A stretch of DNA of 64,000 bases from an uncultured Verrucomicrobiae bacterium (GTDB lineage Bacteria; Verrucomicrobiota; Verrucomicrobiia; Methylacidiphilales; UBA1321). The stretch is taken from assembly GCA_963812985.1 (NCBI GenBank), contig CAWEXI010000002.1, positions 90,880 through 154,879 of the forward strand, given 5' to 3'. Below are positions 1-10,594 of the stretch, in pieces. The translations under genes were made by a program, and so were the position numbers. The notes below the pieces were generated by a model. The model was not told the origin of the DNA. It worked only from the letters and a program-made list of their open reading frames with translations, and did not search any database. Within the stretch, counting starts at the first letter, position 1. Each line of letters begins with the position of its first letter.

Positions 1-1183
1 GGCACTGGGCCATATCCGCAGGCGCCCAGCCCGGGTAGGTGCGCATGATTTCGCCCACGCAGGCATACTGGTAGCCATAGAGCTCGATGAGCGCGATATT
101 GGTATCTCCCGACAAGGTGGTGAGCTTGTAGCCCCAGCCGTTCAGGATCCTGACGGCCTCGTCGGCGTAGGCGGTGTCACCGGAAACCTTCCACCGCAGG
201 GCGCAGCCATATGCCACCGCGATATCGTTGTAAAGGAGGGAGGTGTTATTGGTGGAGCCAACGCGTAATCGTGGACTGAGGATTTGGATTCCAAGTCGGG
301 TTATGTCCCATCCAGCTCGCGGTCAGCGCGCTGTAACCGCCGCCCAGGGCTCGACCCCCAGCGCGACGTTGTTGCGCATGCGCGCGAAATCGGCGGCGGT
401 GTTGAGCAGCCCCGGATGGACAAAGGTGCCCTGGGTCGGCGCGGTGTAGGCGGCCATGTCCACCATGAAAACGCGGGAGCCGGCTTGGGTGGTGATGGTG
501 CTTCCGCCCGCTCCGCTTGCACCCGAGGTGTAGGCCGTGCCGCCAGCGTAGGGGTTGGTGCCGCCGGCGGCGGTGGTGCTGATGCCAAGCATTTCGAAAT
601 AATCAAACGTGGTGCCGATATCGAAGGCGTAGACCGTGTTCGGCAGAAGCACCAATGGTGCTTTCAAGGTGAATGTCAGATAGGTGCCCGGACCATTGGC
701 CGTGGCGCCGCTGCCGGGATTGCCCGCGCCGCCCGAGGCCGCGTATTCGATCGTATAGGGAATCAAGGTCGTCCCACTGAGCTGGCCAACCCGCACGTAG
801 AACGTCGAGCTGGTATCGCTTAAATTGTAGGTGGGAATATTGGAGCCGCTGGCGATGTTATTGGTGTAACCTCCCGCCCGCACCGTAATCGCCGTGATGG
901 TGTAGCCGCCCGCGTTCGACCCCGTGGTAAAGGTCTGGCCCTGCGCCGGCCGGTTGGTCCCCAGATAGGTCGTCCCGTCGTTGGCCGTTCCGTTATTCGG
1001 GCTGCCGTTGGAATTGACGTTGGTGCCGCCAATATTGGCCGCATCGAACGTCGCGCCGGTCCAGTTGGAAATCGCCGCCGACCCAGCCGGCGTGGGGGCC
1101 GAGGTTCCGAAGGTCAACGTCGCCGCAAAGGCGGCCTGTACCGAAAGAAAAAGCGAAGCCAGGGTGAGGTGAAAAGTTTTCAT
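1..1183 (-). CDS. Secreted alginate-lyase-family (PF05426-like) protein; one indel near 330, runs off the window
   Basis: Signal peptide MKTFHLTLASLFLSVQAAFA, Gly/Thr/Ser-rich N-domain, then FVHPGLL..DFARM. After the shift the frame reads LYNDIAVAYGCALRWKVSGDTAYADEAVRILNGW, typical of this fold. Confidence 0.7.
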
Positions 1184-1664
1184 TGGGATGCGAGCAAGAT
1201 ATTCGCGGCAATGGCCGCCAGGGTTTCGGGAATCGAATTAGGCTCAAAATTATGCGCCGCTTTCGACGTGGGATTTCCCAAATCAATCCGGGCCAAGGCA
1301 TTGCTCGGGATGGCCTGCACGGTCTCGCTTCCCAGGTCGAGTAGGAAAGTCCATGCCATCGCACAAGGGGCTAACTTTTTCCGTTCGTACTTCATTGTAT
1401 TCTGCCTCAAAAATTTTCGCTTTTAGAGCAGTTGTGTTGGAACTCGAAAACGACTGGGGCTATGACGTAATTTTTTCGACTATTGAAGGTGGATTTTCGC
1501 TCTGGACGGTTACGCCAAACAACGGTAAGACCTCCCTCGTCTGAATAGTAATGGTTGCCTTAACTTCGTTGCGAATACTATATAGATCGACCGGTTGATT
1601 GCGTAGGAGCGCCGTTGATGGGACGCGCGTGCCGTCTGACGCGTCCCGAGGCCAGTAAACATCC

Positions 1665-1923
1665 ATGGCCCTTCTATCTATCATTCCCCCAGAGCAGATC
1701 GATCGGCGATTTCCGGGCCTGAACTGCCCGCCGCCAACACACCGCCGATGGACGCTGAGATGCTGGTTGGTGCGTGACCCTCCTCTAGTTAGGGATCGTG
1801 GGTACCCAACTTGGGTGACGAAGACAACACGGAACTTCGCCCGGATATGCGGGACCAATGCACGAGAAGCATCGCCAAGACAGGATTGCAGCCCGGGAGG
1901 CCAAGTGGGCGAAGAAGAAGTAA
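1665..1923 (+). CDS. Hypothetical small protein (frameshifted)
   Basis: ATG at 1665; protein-like pieces end ...HEKHRQDRIAAREAKWAKKK-TAA, 3 nt before the next ATG. Confidence 0.25.
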
Positions 1924-1926
1924 TAT

Positions 1927-2067
1927 ATGGGGAAGCACGTTTCAGCAAAAGAACTCGCCGACTACCTCGCCGTCCATAAAAAGACGGTGTTGAAGTGGTC
2001 GCGTGCTGGCGCGATTCCCAGGATCGTTTGGTCAAAGCGGTGTATCCGGTTCGACCTTGGCGTGTGA
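1927..2067 (+). CDS. Excisionase-like helix-turn-helix (HTH_17-type) small protein
   Basis: Hand translation (too short for the ORF track): MGKHVSAKELADYLAVHKKTVLKWSRAGAIPRIVWSKRCIRFDLGV. Confidence 0.7.
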   Translation: MGKHVSAKELADYLAVHKKTVLKWSRAGAIPRIVWSKRCIRFDLGV

Positions 2068-2093
2068 GCGAATCATCAAGGGCCGGACAAGCG

Positions 2094-2439
2094 CGTAGTG
2101 TTCTAATTTGAAATTACCTTCTCAATCGTCAATCAAGAAACTGAATGCTATCCATGTACGAAGGAAATCAACTAAATGAAACCTCTGACCCCATACTCTT
2201 TGGCCTTCACTTTCTTTCGTATATGCTCACTGGTAATACTCGTTTCGGCGTGTGTCGACATTGAAGGTTTTTTGCAAGCGACAATTACAAACCCTAAGCT
2301 TCAGATTTCTACCTGGGATTATTTGATGCCTTTCCTTTATGCCGTACCGGAAAGCGTTCTGCTCTATTTCTTTTCCGGGTTACTGGCTAAAATTGTCATC
2401 TGGAATTTTAGCGAATGATTTCCAATTAGGACACCACCG
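2094..2439. mobile_element. Putative non-autonomous TIR-bounded cassette
   Basis: GTAGTGTTCTAATTTGAAAT (2095-2114) vs reverse complement of 2418-2437 GTGGTGTCCTAATTGGAAAT, 17/20 identical. Flanks ACAAGCG/AAAAGCG; AT-rich interior. Confidence 0.55.
2176..2418 (+). CDS. Small membrane protein (80 aa, about 2 TM)
   Basis: Intact AT-rich ORF with two hydrophobic stretches; stop abuts the right inverted repeat. Confidence 0.55.
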   Translation: MKPLTPYSLAFTFFRICSLVILVSACVDIEGFLQATITNPKLQISTWDYLMPFLYAVPESVLLYFFSGLLAKIVIWNFSE

Positions 2440-2527
2440 AAAAGCGGGCTGACTTGAATTTACGGCTACCGTATGGCGTAATGAGCGGGTCATCAGTTAA
2501 TCTGATAAGCGGCTCCCGACCGGGACT

Positions 2528-3946
2528 TTAAGCTGCCTGTTCGCCGCCGCCGTAGGAGGCCTCAACCCGCGCGGCGACGTCGCGATATCCCATGTCGACT
2601 TCGTAGATTTTTTTCCACTGGTCGAGAGCTTTTTCAGGCGACTTGGCCACTTCATAAGCGAGGCCGAGATTGTAGGTGATTTCCTTTTTCAGCTCGTCCA
2701 TCGCCAGCAATTCGCTCTCAGCCAGCGAGAGTTGTTTGATGGCAAAATCGAGCATGCCTCTTTTCATGAAGGCTTGGCCCATGAGATTGAGGGCCTGATA
2801 GCGCACGCTGGGCTGCTTGAGGGACTGCTGCAGTTCTTCCGTGGCGCGTTTATATTGGCCTAGCTTATAGAGCGCCTCGCCGAGATCGTAACGGAATTCG
2901 CCTTCGTTGGGCTGGGCGCGCACCCGCGCTTCTGCCAGGTATAAACGGACGTCGTTGAGTTCCTTTTCCTTGGCCTCGACCGCCGCCTGGGCTTGGGCCT
3001 GCAACTCAGGCTCGGTCTGCGCGACCAGCTCTTGACGGAGCGCCGCCAATTCCTGCTCGGTCTTTTTCAAACGGAGATCACCCATGATTTTTTCCAGTGA
3101 CGAGTCGATCCTGCCGCCGGCTTCAAAGGCGTGTTCGTACCATTGCACGGCCGATCCGTAATCGTTCCGTTGCAGAAAAAGGTGCGCGATCATTTTGGAA
3201 TGGGCCGGATTGGTCGGTTCAGCCTGGTGCTTTTGAAAATTGAGATTGATCTGCTCTTCTATCGCATCGGCCGATTTGACGACCTTGGCTTCCTGTTCCA
3301 ATTGCTCCGACTCGGTCTTGCTTTTAAGCACGTTGCGGTAGTCGCCTTCGGAGGTTTCCCATCCGCCGACCTTCGACGCGTTGGCCGCGCTCGCATTCTT
3401 CAAACCGCTGAGCGCGTCGCCGTCGCGGGGATCGATCTCAAGAATGCGCTCGTAGGTCTTTTCCGCCTTGGCAGCGTCCTTCGCTTCCATGTAAGCCTGC
3501 GCCAGTGAGTTTAAAATCGCTTTGTCGGTCGGTTTGGCCTTGGCGAGCGTTTCGAAGGCGAAGCATTTGAATTCGGGATAACCAAGGGCCGTGCCAGCGT
3601 CCCCGATGAGGGTGTTGGCCTTGATCTGATACGGATCCTGGGCCAGGATTTCCTCAGCTTGAATCAAGAGTTCCTGAGGCGTTTTCTTTCCGCTGGAAAG
3701 TTTCATGAGGGTGCCGGACATCCTCATGCTCGTCATCTGGCGGGTGAAGCTGCTGGTCGATTCGAACTTCTGAATTTCCACCGCGCGCAGAAACCGCCTG
3801 CCTTCGAGGAACAGCGGCTCGTCCTTCAGCGTGGCCTGCAGCAAAGTGATCGCATAATCGTAATTCTTGGACTGCGCCGCCGTTTTGGCCCGGTTGACCT
3901 GGTTACGGCTGGTGGGATTGAGATCAGCTTCCCTCTTCAAACTCAT
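2528..3946 (-). CDS. Tetratricopeptide-repeat protein
   Basis: 472 aa with multiple TPR motifs (e.g. RYDLGEALYKLGQYKRA, TYNLGLAYEVAKSPEKA) and a central coiled coil. Confidence 0.85.
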   Translation of the reverse strand: MSLKREADLNPTSRNQVNRAKTAAQSKNYDYAITLLQATLKDEPLFLEGRRFLRAVEIQKFESTSSFTRQMTSMRMSGTLMKLSSGKKTPQELLIQAEEILAQDPYQIKANTLIGDAGTALGYPEFKCFAFETLAKAKPTDKAILNSLAQAYMEAKDAAKAEKTYERILEIDPRDGDALSGLKNASAANASKVGGWETSEGDYRNVLKSKTESEQLEQEAKVVKSADAIEEQINLNFQKHQAEPTNPAHSKMIAHLFLQRNDYGSAVQWYEHAFEAGGRIDSSLEKIMGDLRLKKTEQELAALRQELVAQTEPELQAQAQAAVEAKEKELNDVRLYLAEARVRAQPNEGEFRYDLGEALYKLGQYKRATEELQQSLKQPSVRYQALNLMGQAFMKRGMLDFAIKQLSLAESELLAMDELKKEITYNLGLAYEVAKSPEKALDQWKKIYEVDMGYRDVAARVEASYGGGEQAA

Positions 3947-4097
3947 GGAGATAAACTAAGCCCTTAGAATTTGCGGTCAAAACAAATTGAGCTTTTGTGA
4001 CAACCGCGGCCTGACGAACCTCTCCGCTTTCATCAATGGAACTGACCAAGAGACGCAGGCCCTTGCGCCCTTGGAAAAGAGTCGCTTTAGTCAGGGG

Positions 4098-4790
4098 ATG
4101 AACATCGCCGTTCTGCAACATGCCGGGTTCGAAGGACCGGGCGAGATCGCGACGTGGGCCACCGGTCACGGGCACCGGGTGAGCGTGCACCATCTCTATC
4201 GCGGAGATGCCCTGCCCGGCCTGGATGCCTTCGATCTGCTCGTGATCATGGGCGGCGAGATGAATATATATCAGTATCGCGATTGGCCCTGGCTAAAGCC
4301 GGAAAGCGCGCTCATCCGGGCCGCGCTGATGGAGGGCAAGCGGGCGGTTGGCATTTGCCTGGGCGCGCAGTTGATCGCCAACGCGCTCGGGGCGCAAATC
4401 GTCCAGAATGCCCAAATCGAGTTGGGGTGGTTGCCGGTCAGGTGGACGGATGAAGCGCGCTCTGCTTTTCCCGAATTGCCGGCAAGCTCGACCGTGCTCC
4501 ATTGGCACGGCGATACGTTTGGACTGCCCCCGAATGCGAAGCGCCTGGCAGTCAGCGAGGGCTGTCCCGAGCAAGGTTTTCTGATTCCGGGCCTATGTCT
4601 CGGCCTGCAGTTTCATATGGAAGTCGATATGACTTTGACGCGGGAATATGTCGAAGGCCAGATCGATTGGCCGGAGGGTTCCCTTGTGCAAAGTCGCGAA
4701 ATGGTCCTGGGCAAAGCCGGTTTGTATTGCGACGAGAACCGGCGGCTTCTTCACGGCATGCTGGACCAATTTTTCGGCACGGCGCCCTGA
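4098..4790 (+). CDS. Type 1 glutamine amidotransferase
   Basis: GICLGAQL nucleophile elbow, HWHGDTF, LQFHME; start set at ATG 4098. Confidence 0.9.
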   Translation: MNIAVLQHAGFEGPGEIATWATGHGHRVSVHHLYRGDALPGLDAFDLLVIMGGEMNIYQYRDWPWLKPESALIRAALMEGKRAVGICLGAQLIANALGAQIVQNAQIELGWLPVRWTDEARSAFPELPASSTVLHWHGDTFGLPPNAKRLAVSEGCPEQGFLIPGLCLGLQFHMEVDMTLTREYVEGQIDWPEGSLVQSREMVLGKAGLYCDENRRLLHGMLDQFFGTAP

Positions 4791-5696
4791 CTATTCCGCC
4801 AAGAGCATGGCTGCGCCGAACACGCCCGCGCTATCGCCGAGCGTCGGTTTAAGCAGGGCCGCTTCGAAGGTGGGATTGAAGATGGAAGCGGTGATCTTGC
4901 GGCGGGTTTCTTCGGTGTAGAGAGCGTCGATATTGCCGACTCCGCCACCGAGCACGATGGCGTCAGGATCGAGGACGTTAATGACCTGGCCGATGCCCTC
5001 GGCGAAGCGATCGGTTAGTCGAACGATGGTCGCTTGCGCATGCGAATCTTCTCCGCCGCAAGCCCGCACCACGATCTCCTTCAGCGTGCGCGCCACGCCC
5101 GCTTGCCCGGCGTAGAAACGCTCAAGCGCAGGCCCGGCGATGAAGGCCTCGATGGTGCCACGTGTGCCGTAATTCGAAAGCGGGCCGTTGGGATCGAGCA
5201 CAAGTTGCCCCCACTCACCGGCGATGCCATGACAGCCATTAAGCACCTGCCCGTTGACCACAATACCGCCGCCCACGCCGGTGCCGATGATGACGCCAAA
5301 GACGGTGGCGAATCCGCGGGCAGCACCGAGAGTCGCTTCCGCCAGCGCGAAACAATTAGCGTCATTGGCCGTGACGACTTTTATTCCCAGGTCAGCTTCC
5401 AGATCGTCGCGAAGCCGCTCGCCATTCATGCACTGGGAATTGGAATTTTTGAGTTTTCCGGTGCGAGGATCGATGACGCCGGGCGTGCCCATTCCGATTC
5501 GTTTCGGCAGCGGCAGGCCGCTCTCCGCGACAATCATTTTGACCAGCCGGGCGATCTGTCCGCGAATATGCGGGTAACCCTTTTCCACCTCGGTTGGAAT
5601 GCGCAGGCGGCAGATGGGACGATCCAGGGCGTCGGGATTGAGAATGGCCCCCTCGATCTTGGTGCCGCCGAGATCGATTCCCCAAAGATACTCCAT
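4791..5696 (-). CDS. ROK-family sugar kinase (Mak/fructokinase-like)
   Basis: GIDLGGTKIE, ANDANCFALAEA, GTGVGGG, GDSAGVFGAA. Confidence 0.9.
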   Translation of the reverse strand: MEYLWGIDLGGTKIEGAILNPDALDRPICRLRIPTEVEKGYPHIRGQIARLVKMIVAESGLPLPKRIGMGTPGVIDPRTGKLKNSNSQCMNGERLRDDLEADLGIKVVTANDANCFALAEATLGAARGFATVFGVIIGTGVGGGIVVNGQVLNGCHGIAGEWGQLVLDPNGPLSNYGTRGTIEAFIAGPALERFYAGQAGVARTLKEIVVRACGGEDSHAQATIVRLTDRFAEGIGQVINVLDPDAIVLGGGVGNIDALYTEETRRKITASIFNPTFEAALLKPTLGDSAGVFGAAMLLAE

Positions 5697-5821
5697 GAAT
5701 TTGGAGCGTGAGACAAAATCAAACTGAAATCAAGCCACGTCAAATCCCGGGCTTAGTCAAAAAACTGCGTCGAATCCTCCGCGAGCCAAGAGAAACTTCC
5801 TGCAAAAGGGTGGCAGTGTTA

Positions 5822-7006
5822 TTATGCTCTCGGGATTTGCAGGGGGTCATCCCACCACTCTTTTGGCCTCGATTTAACTGCAGTCCCCCAACTTCTTATC
5901 CATTTCCGGAATGTAGTTTCAAAGTAGCTATATGAGATCTCCGAAATCCCAAGAACAAAGCCAATAGCGAGTACAAAATAAATCAGTCCTGCCCTGCCGG
6001 AATGCGTTGTGTACATGGGTTGGTGGAGGCACAGGACATTTGTCAGGTATAGGTAGCAGGTGCATCCGGGATATTGCCAAAGATAGACGGAGTACGATCT
6101 TTCTCCGAGCCATTGGAAGAAGCCCATCTTCAATAACCCTGCAAACAAGCCGGCATCGAATGAGGTCAGGAACACAATGAAGGGGAAGGAGTAGACAACG
6201 TAAGCTTCAGGGATTATTCCCAACCGGGTTCCAATGAAAAACGCGAGAGCGACCAGGATCGCACCGTCAACGAGGAATACAACGGGCTTGGTTTGCTTAA
6301 AGGATTGGTAGAGACAGCAGATGAAGAATCCAGCCGTAAATCCAAAGATGCCTCTCCCAAGCCAAGTAGAGTCCCAGTGCCTGCTACCGAATACATAATC
6401 TGAACGGTGGGTATAAAATGTAACCACGAGATGGCAGCAGAGGCCAACAATTGCGATGGCGGCAAGCATGCGCAGGCTCTTTGTCTTTACACACCGGTTA
6501 AGCATGCACAGTAGAGGGAAAGCAACTAGGTAGCAGAATACTTCGACGCTTATCGACCACGCAGGTTGAACTATTGTCCAGCCCCACCCGTTGATGATGC
6601 CTGAAATCATCAAGAAATTCGTCAGCAACTTGATTGGGTAATCCTCACCCACAAACAAGAGGCCATGCTTGATAATGCTGTAAATTGGCAGGGGTAAGGA
6701 GACGAGCAGGGTCAGGTAATAGAGTGGAAGAATTCGTGCCGCCCTGGCGGAGTAGAATGACCGCCAGTTGATGTGATTATTGGGAGCGACATAGACCCAA
6801 TACATGATGAAGCCACTGAGGAAGAAGAAGAGATCGACGGCATAGCCGAGCCAGTAAAAGCACCTCTCATAGAGGCTAGCATTGAAAACATGCGCTATTC
6901 CGTAAACGTTTAGGTGAGCTAGAAATACCGTCATAGCCGCAATTCCCCGAAGCCCAACATGGGAGCTGATCACCGCAACTGTCTTCTTAGGCATTGAGCT
7001 AGGCAT
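5822..7006 (-). CDS. Acyltransferase family 3 (OafA/YrhL-like) membrane O-acyltransferase
   Basis: GLRGIAA..VFLAH, VDLFFFLSGF, RAARILPLY, WSISVE, LGERSYSVYLWQ; AT-richer than flanks. Confidence 0.9.
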   Translation of the reverse strand: MPSSMPKKTVAVISSHVGLRGIAAMTVFLAHLNVYGIAHVFNASLYERCFYWLGYAVDLFFFLSGFIMYWVYVAPNNHINWRSFYSARAARILPLYYLTLLVSLPLPIYSIIKHGLLFVGEDYPIKLLTNFLMISGIINGWGWTIVQPAWSISVEVFCYLVAFPLLCMLNRCVKTKSLRMLAAIAIVGLCCHLVVTFYTHRSDYVFGSRHWDSTWLGRGIFGFTAGFFICCLYQSFKQTKPVVFLVDGAILVALAFFIGTRLGIIPEAYVVYSFPFIVFLTSFDAGLFAGLLKMGFFQWLGERSYSVYLWQYPGCTCYLYLTNVLCLHQPMYTTHSGRAGLIYFVLAIGFVLGISEISYSYFETTFRKWIRSWGTAVKSRPKEWWDDPLQIPRA

Positions 7007-7158
7007 TGGCTATGTAGGTAACAACGGCTAGTCTACTAAATAGCCTGGGGCATAGTTAGCAGAATATTTGCGGCTTTGTGCAGGCTCGCGCCTCTATTCG
7101 GCTCATCGCATCAGCGACGCCAACTTTTCCGAAGACTCTATGGGATATTTGACTGAAA

Positions 7159-8445
7159 TCAGGCTGCTTCCTTGTCCTGCTTGCGGCGGATGAGCGGCGA
7201 CTTTTTCCCGTCGATCACCGCGCGATTGATCGTCACTTCCAGGATGTCTTCGCGCGACGGCAAATCATACATAAGATCGAGCATCAGCTTTTCGAGGATG
7301 GCGCGGAGGGCGCGGGCGCCGGTGCCCTTGCGCACGGCTTCCTGGGCCAGGGCCTTGAGCGCATCCTTGGTGAAGGTGAGCCCGACATTGTCCATGGCGA
7401 AAAGCTTGGTGTATTGCTTGGTCAGCGCGTTCTTGGTTTCGGTCAACACGCACACAAGTTCCTCTTCGCTCAATTCATCGAGGACGCTGATCATCGGCAG
7501 GCGCCCGATGAACTCCGGTATGAGTCCGTAGGTCAGCAAGTCTTCCGGTTCCACCTGGCGCATGATGGCGCTCGGAGGCAACGCGGTTTCGGTCGTCTGC
7601 GCAACGTGCGGGCGGCCAAAGCCGAGCGTGTTGCTGCCAACGCGGCGGCGGATGATTTTGTCGAGTCCGACGAACGCGCCGCCACAGATAAAAAGAATAC
7701 GCTCGGTGTTGACCTGAATATATTCCTGGTGCGGATGCTTGCGGCCGCCCTGAGGGGGAACGTTGCAGACGGTGCCTTCGAGAATCTTGAGCAGCCCCTG
7801 CTGCACGCCCTCGCCCGAGACATCGCGCGTGATGGAGACGTTGTCGGTTTTGCGGCCGATCTTGTCGATCTCATCGATGTAGACGATCCCGATCTCGGCG
7901 CGTTTCACGTCGTAATCGGCATTTTGCAGCAGGCGCAGCACGATCGTTTCCACGTCCTCGCCGACATATCCCGCCTCGGTAATGGTGGTGGCGTCCGCAA
8001 TGCAAAAAGGGACATCGAGAATCCGGGCCAGCGTGCGGGCCAACAGAGTCTTGCCGGAACCGGTCGGACCGATGAGCAAAATGTTGCTCTTTTCGATTTC
8101 GACGTCGTTGACGGAGTTGAGCGAGATCTCCGTCTTCTGCCGATTGGCCTGGGTCGAGATGATCCGCTTGTAGTGGTTATGCACTGCGACGGCCAGGGTC
8201 TTCTTGGCGAACTCCTGCCCGATGACGTAACGGTCGAGCTCGCGCTTGATGTCGACCGGCTTGATCAGTGTCACCTCGGTGTTGGAACGGCGGGATTCCT
8301 CCTTCGTTTCCTTGTCGAGAATGTTTTTACAAACGGTGATGCAGCTGTCGCAAATGTAGACGCCGGGCCCGGCGATGAGCTTCCTCACCTCAGCGTGACT
8401 CTTCCCGCAGAAAGAGCACATCGTCAGATTGGCGGGGCGTGCCAT
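7159..8445 (-). CDS. clpX: ATP-dependent Clp protease ATP-binding subunit
   Basis: CSFCGK zinc finger, [25 protein letters not shown]. Confidence 0.98.
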   Translation of the reverse strand: MARPANLTMCSFCGKSHAEVRKLIAGPGVYICDSCITVCKNILDKETKEESRRSNTEVTLIKPVDIKRELDRYVIGQEFAKKTLAVAVHNHYKRIISTQANRQKTEISLNSVNDVEIEKSNILLIGPTGSGKTLLARTLARILDVPFCIADATTITEAGYVGEDVETIVLRLLQNADYDVKRAEIGIVYIDEIDKIGRKTDNVSITRDVSGEGVQQGLLKILEGTVCNVPPQGGRKHPHQEYIQVNTERILFICGGAFVGLDKIIRRRVGSNTLGFGRPHVAQTTETALPPSAIMRQVEPEDLLTYGLIPEFIGRLPMISVLDELSEEELVCVLTETKNALTKQYTKLFAMDNVGLTFTKDALKALAQEAVRKGTGARALRAILEKLMLDLMYDLPSREDILEVTINRAVIDGKKSPLIRRKQDKEAA

Positions 8446-8454
8446 AGTCGTTTC

Positions 8455-9096
8455 CTATTTGGCTTCTCCCGTGATGGCGGCAACTTCGCGACGAGACTTC
8501 ACGACTTCATCGACGATTCCGTAGACCTTCGCGGCTTCGGCGCTCATGTAGTTGTCACGTTCCATATCCCGGTCGATGACGTCAACCGGCTGGCCGGTGT
8601 GCATCGACATAATTTCGTTCAGGCTCTTTTTCAACCGCAAAATTTCCTTGGCCTGAATGCTGATGTCGCTGGCCTGACCACGCGCGCCACCGCTCGGCTG
8701 GTGAATCATGATGCGCGAATTCGGCAGCGAGAAGCGCTTGCCCTTCGTGCCCGCCGCCAGGAGCACGGCGCCCATGCTGGCGGCCATGCCGATGCAGTAG
8801 GTGGCCACGTCGCAGGTCATGAATTGCATCGTGTCATAGATGGCCATGCCGGCGGTGACATATCCTCCCGGCGAATGAATATAGAGGCTGATGTCTTTTT
8901 TCGAGTCCTCCATCTGGAGGAAAAGCAACTGGGCAATGATGATGTTGGCGACGGTGTCATCGATCGGCGTCCCCAGAAAGATAATGCGGTCCTTGAGCAG
9001 GCGCGAATAGATATCGTAAGCCCGCTCGCCTCGTCCCGTCTGCTCGATGACGGTGGGGACGAGATAGGAAGAACTCAGGGTGTCGTACATAGCCAT
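8455..9096 (-). CDS. clpP: Clp protease proteolytic subunit
   Basis: [29 protein letters not shown]. Confidence 0.98.
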   Translation of the reverse strand: MAMYDTLSSSYLVPTVIEQTGRGERAYDIYSRLLKDRIIFLGTPIDDTVANIIIAQLLFLQMEDSKKDISLYIHSPGGYVTAGMAIYDTMQFMTCDVATYCIGMAASMGAVLLAAGTKGKRFSLPNSRIMIHQPSGGARGQASDISIQAKEILRLKKSLNEIMSMHTGQPVDVIDRDMERDNYMSAEAAKVYGIVDEVVKSRREVAAITGEAK

Positions 9097-9100
9097 CAGA

Positions 9101-10396
9101 CTACTCTGACTTTGCTTCTTTCAAAAGGAAATCCAGCACGGCCTGCCTTAATAATTGCTGCCGGATGACCCCGAAGGCGTTGTTTTTGCGCACTCGGTCG
9201 GCCATCTTTTCCAGCGTGAGGCCCTCGCGCTGGGCGAGAAACGCCAGGTGCTGGGCCATCTGCTCGTTGGTCACCTCGATCTTTTCCCTCTCCGCGATTT
9301 GGGCGGCGATAAACTTGAACTTGACCGACTCCCGCGCGGCCTTGGCGGCGTTCTTGAAAATCTCGTCTTTCTTTTCCTCCAAGACGGCCGCGGGCACGCC
9401 GCGGGCCTGGTTCTCGGCGACGATGTCGTAAACCGTGGCATGGGTCTCTTCGTCTACGGCCGATGGCGGCAACTCGAATTCAATCGCAGAAATCAGCTTC
9501 TGGATGATCTCGGTTCGCGCGGCGGCGTTGGCCTGGTTCTTCTTTTCCTGCTCCATGTTTTCCCGCACGCGTGTCTTAAGGTCGGCGAGATTCATTTTCG
9601 CCACTTCCTGGGCGAAAGCATCATCAAGGACCGGAGCCTGCTTCACTTTGATTTCCTTAAGCTCCACGTCGTACTGGACCTTCTTGCCGGCCAATGCGGG
9701 CTGGGGAAAATCGGCCGGGAATTCGACTTCCACGGTCCGTTGTTCGCCTTTCTTCATGCCCAGGCATTGCTCGGCGAATTTCGGCAGAAAACCTTCCGTG
9801 CGCATCCAGAGCCAGAAATTGGGATTGTGCGCGAGGTTATTGGCGTCGGGCACGACGTCAATCAGCGGCTTGCCATCCAACTTGCCGGTGTAGGAGATGA
9901 CGGCGAAATCATCCATGACCAGGGGACGCTCGACCGCATCTTCAAAATTGGCGCGTTGATCGGCCAGACTTGTGAGAGTCTTTTCGATTTCCTCGTCCGT
10001 CACCGCCGTCTCCTGCTTCTTGATGACCAGCCCCTTGTAATCGGGCAGCTTGAAATCAGGCACCAGCTCCACCACGGTGGAAAAACTGAGGGAAAGTCCG
10101 GCCTGATATTTCAAATCCTCGATTTCGGGCTGGCTGACCACGCGCAGTTTCTTTTCCGCGATGGCTTCCTGATAGGCCTCGGGAACCAAAGTGCGCTGAG
10201 CTTCGCTTTCGATGTCCTTGTGGTATTTCTTGACCACAACGGTTCGGGGAGCGTGACCCGGGCGAAAACCGGGGATGCGCGCCTCTTTTTGGAAATCGTC
10301 GGCCACCTTGTCATAAGCCTGCTTCACGCGGTTGGCGGGCACTTCGATTTTAAGGCGCTTTTTGCATGGGGCAACATCTTCAACAGTGATATTCAT
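9101..10396 (-). CDS. tig: Trigger factor
   Basis: [11 protein letters not shown] motif, FKBP domain, tig-clpP-clpX order; start set at ATG 10396. Confidence 0.95.
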   Translation of the reverse strand: MNITVEDVAPCKKRLKIEVPANRVKQAYDKVADDFQKEARIPGFRPGHAPRTVVVKKYHKDIESEAQRTLVPEAYQEAIAEKKLRVVSQPEIEDLKYQAGLSLSFSTVVELVPDFKLPDYKGLVIKKQETAVTDEEIEKTLTSLADQRANFEDAVERPLVMDDFAVISYTGKLDGKPLIDVVPDANNLAHNPNFWLWMRTEGFLPKFAEQCLGMKKGEQRTVEVEFPADFPQPALAGKKVQYDVELKEIKVKQAPVLDDAFAQEVAKMNLADLKTRVRENMEQEKKNQANAAARTEIIQKLISAIEFELPPSAVDEETHATVYDIVAENQARGVPAAVLEEKKDEIFKNAAKAARESVKFKFIAAQIAEREKIEVTNEQMAQHLAFLAQREGLTLEKMADRVRKNNAFGVIRQQLLRQAVLDFLLKEAKSE

Positions 10397-10594
10397 GGGA
10401 CTCTTCAGCCTAGGGTGCGCTTTCGAATAGGGCAAGGTCGCGTTGCGGGTTCACTTCGCGCTTCCCGAATCGAGGCGATAAACCCGAACGGGGGGCTCGT
10501 GGTAACGGCCGACTCGGAAGATAGCTTGCTGCTTTCAAATTGCGATGTTCCTGATATTAGTCTTGGCGCGGCTTAGGCCGTTCACCTATCCAGC

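Noticed and set aside
1419-1452. TTTTAGAGC...GAAAAC resembling a type II CRISPR repeat
   Set aside because: Single copy with no spacers or cas genes; at most an imperfect palindrome.
1460-2035. 191-aa minus-strand ORF
   Set aside because: No recognisable motifs, and it is antisense to the more convincing HTH ORF.
7414-10576. Long plus-strand ORFs (584 and 473 aa)
   Set aside because: Antisense shadows of clpX/clpP/tig caused by GC-rich codon usage.
10397-10594. Possible tRNA upstream of tig
   Set aside because: No cloverleaf or convincing T-arm/CCA found by eye.
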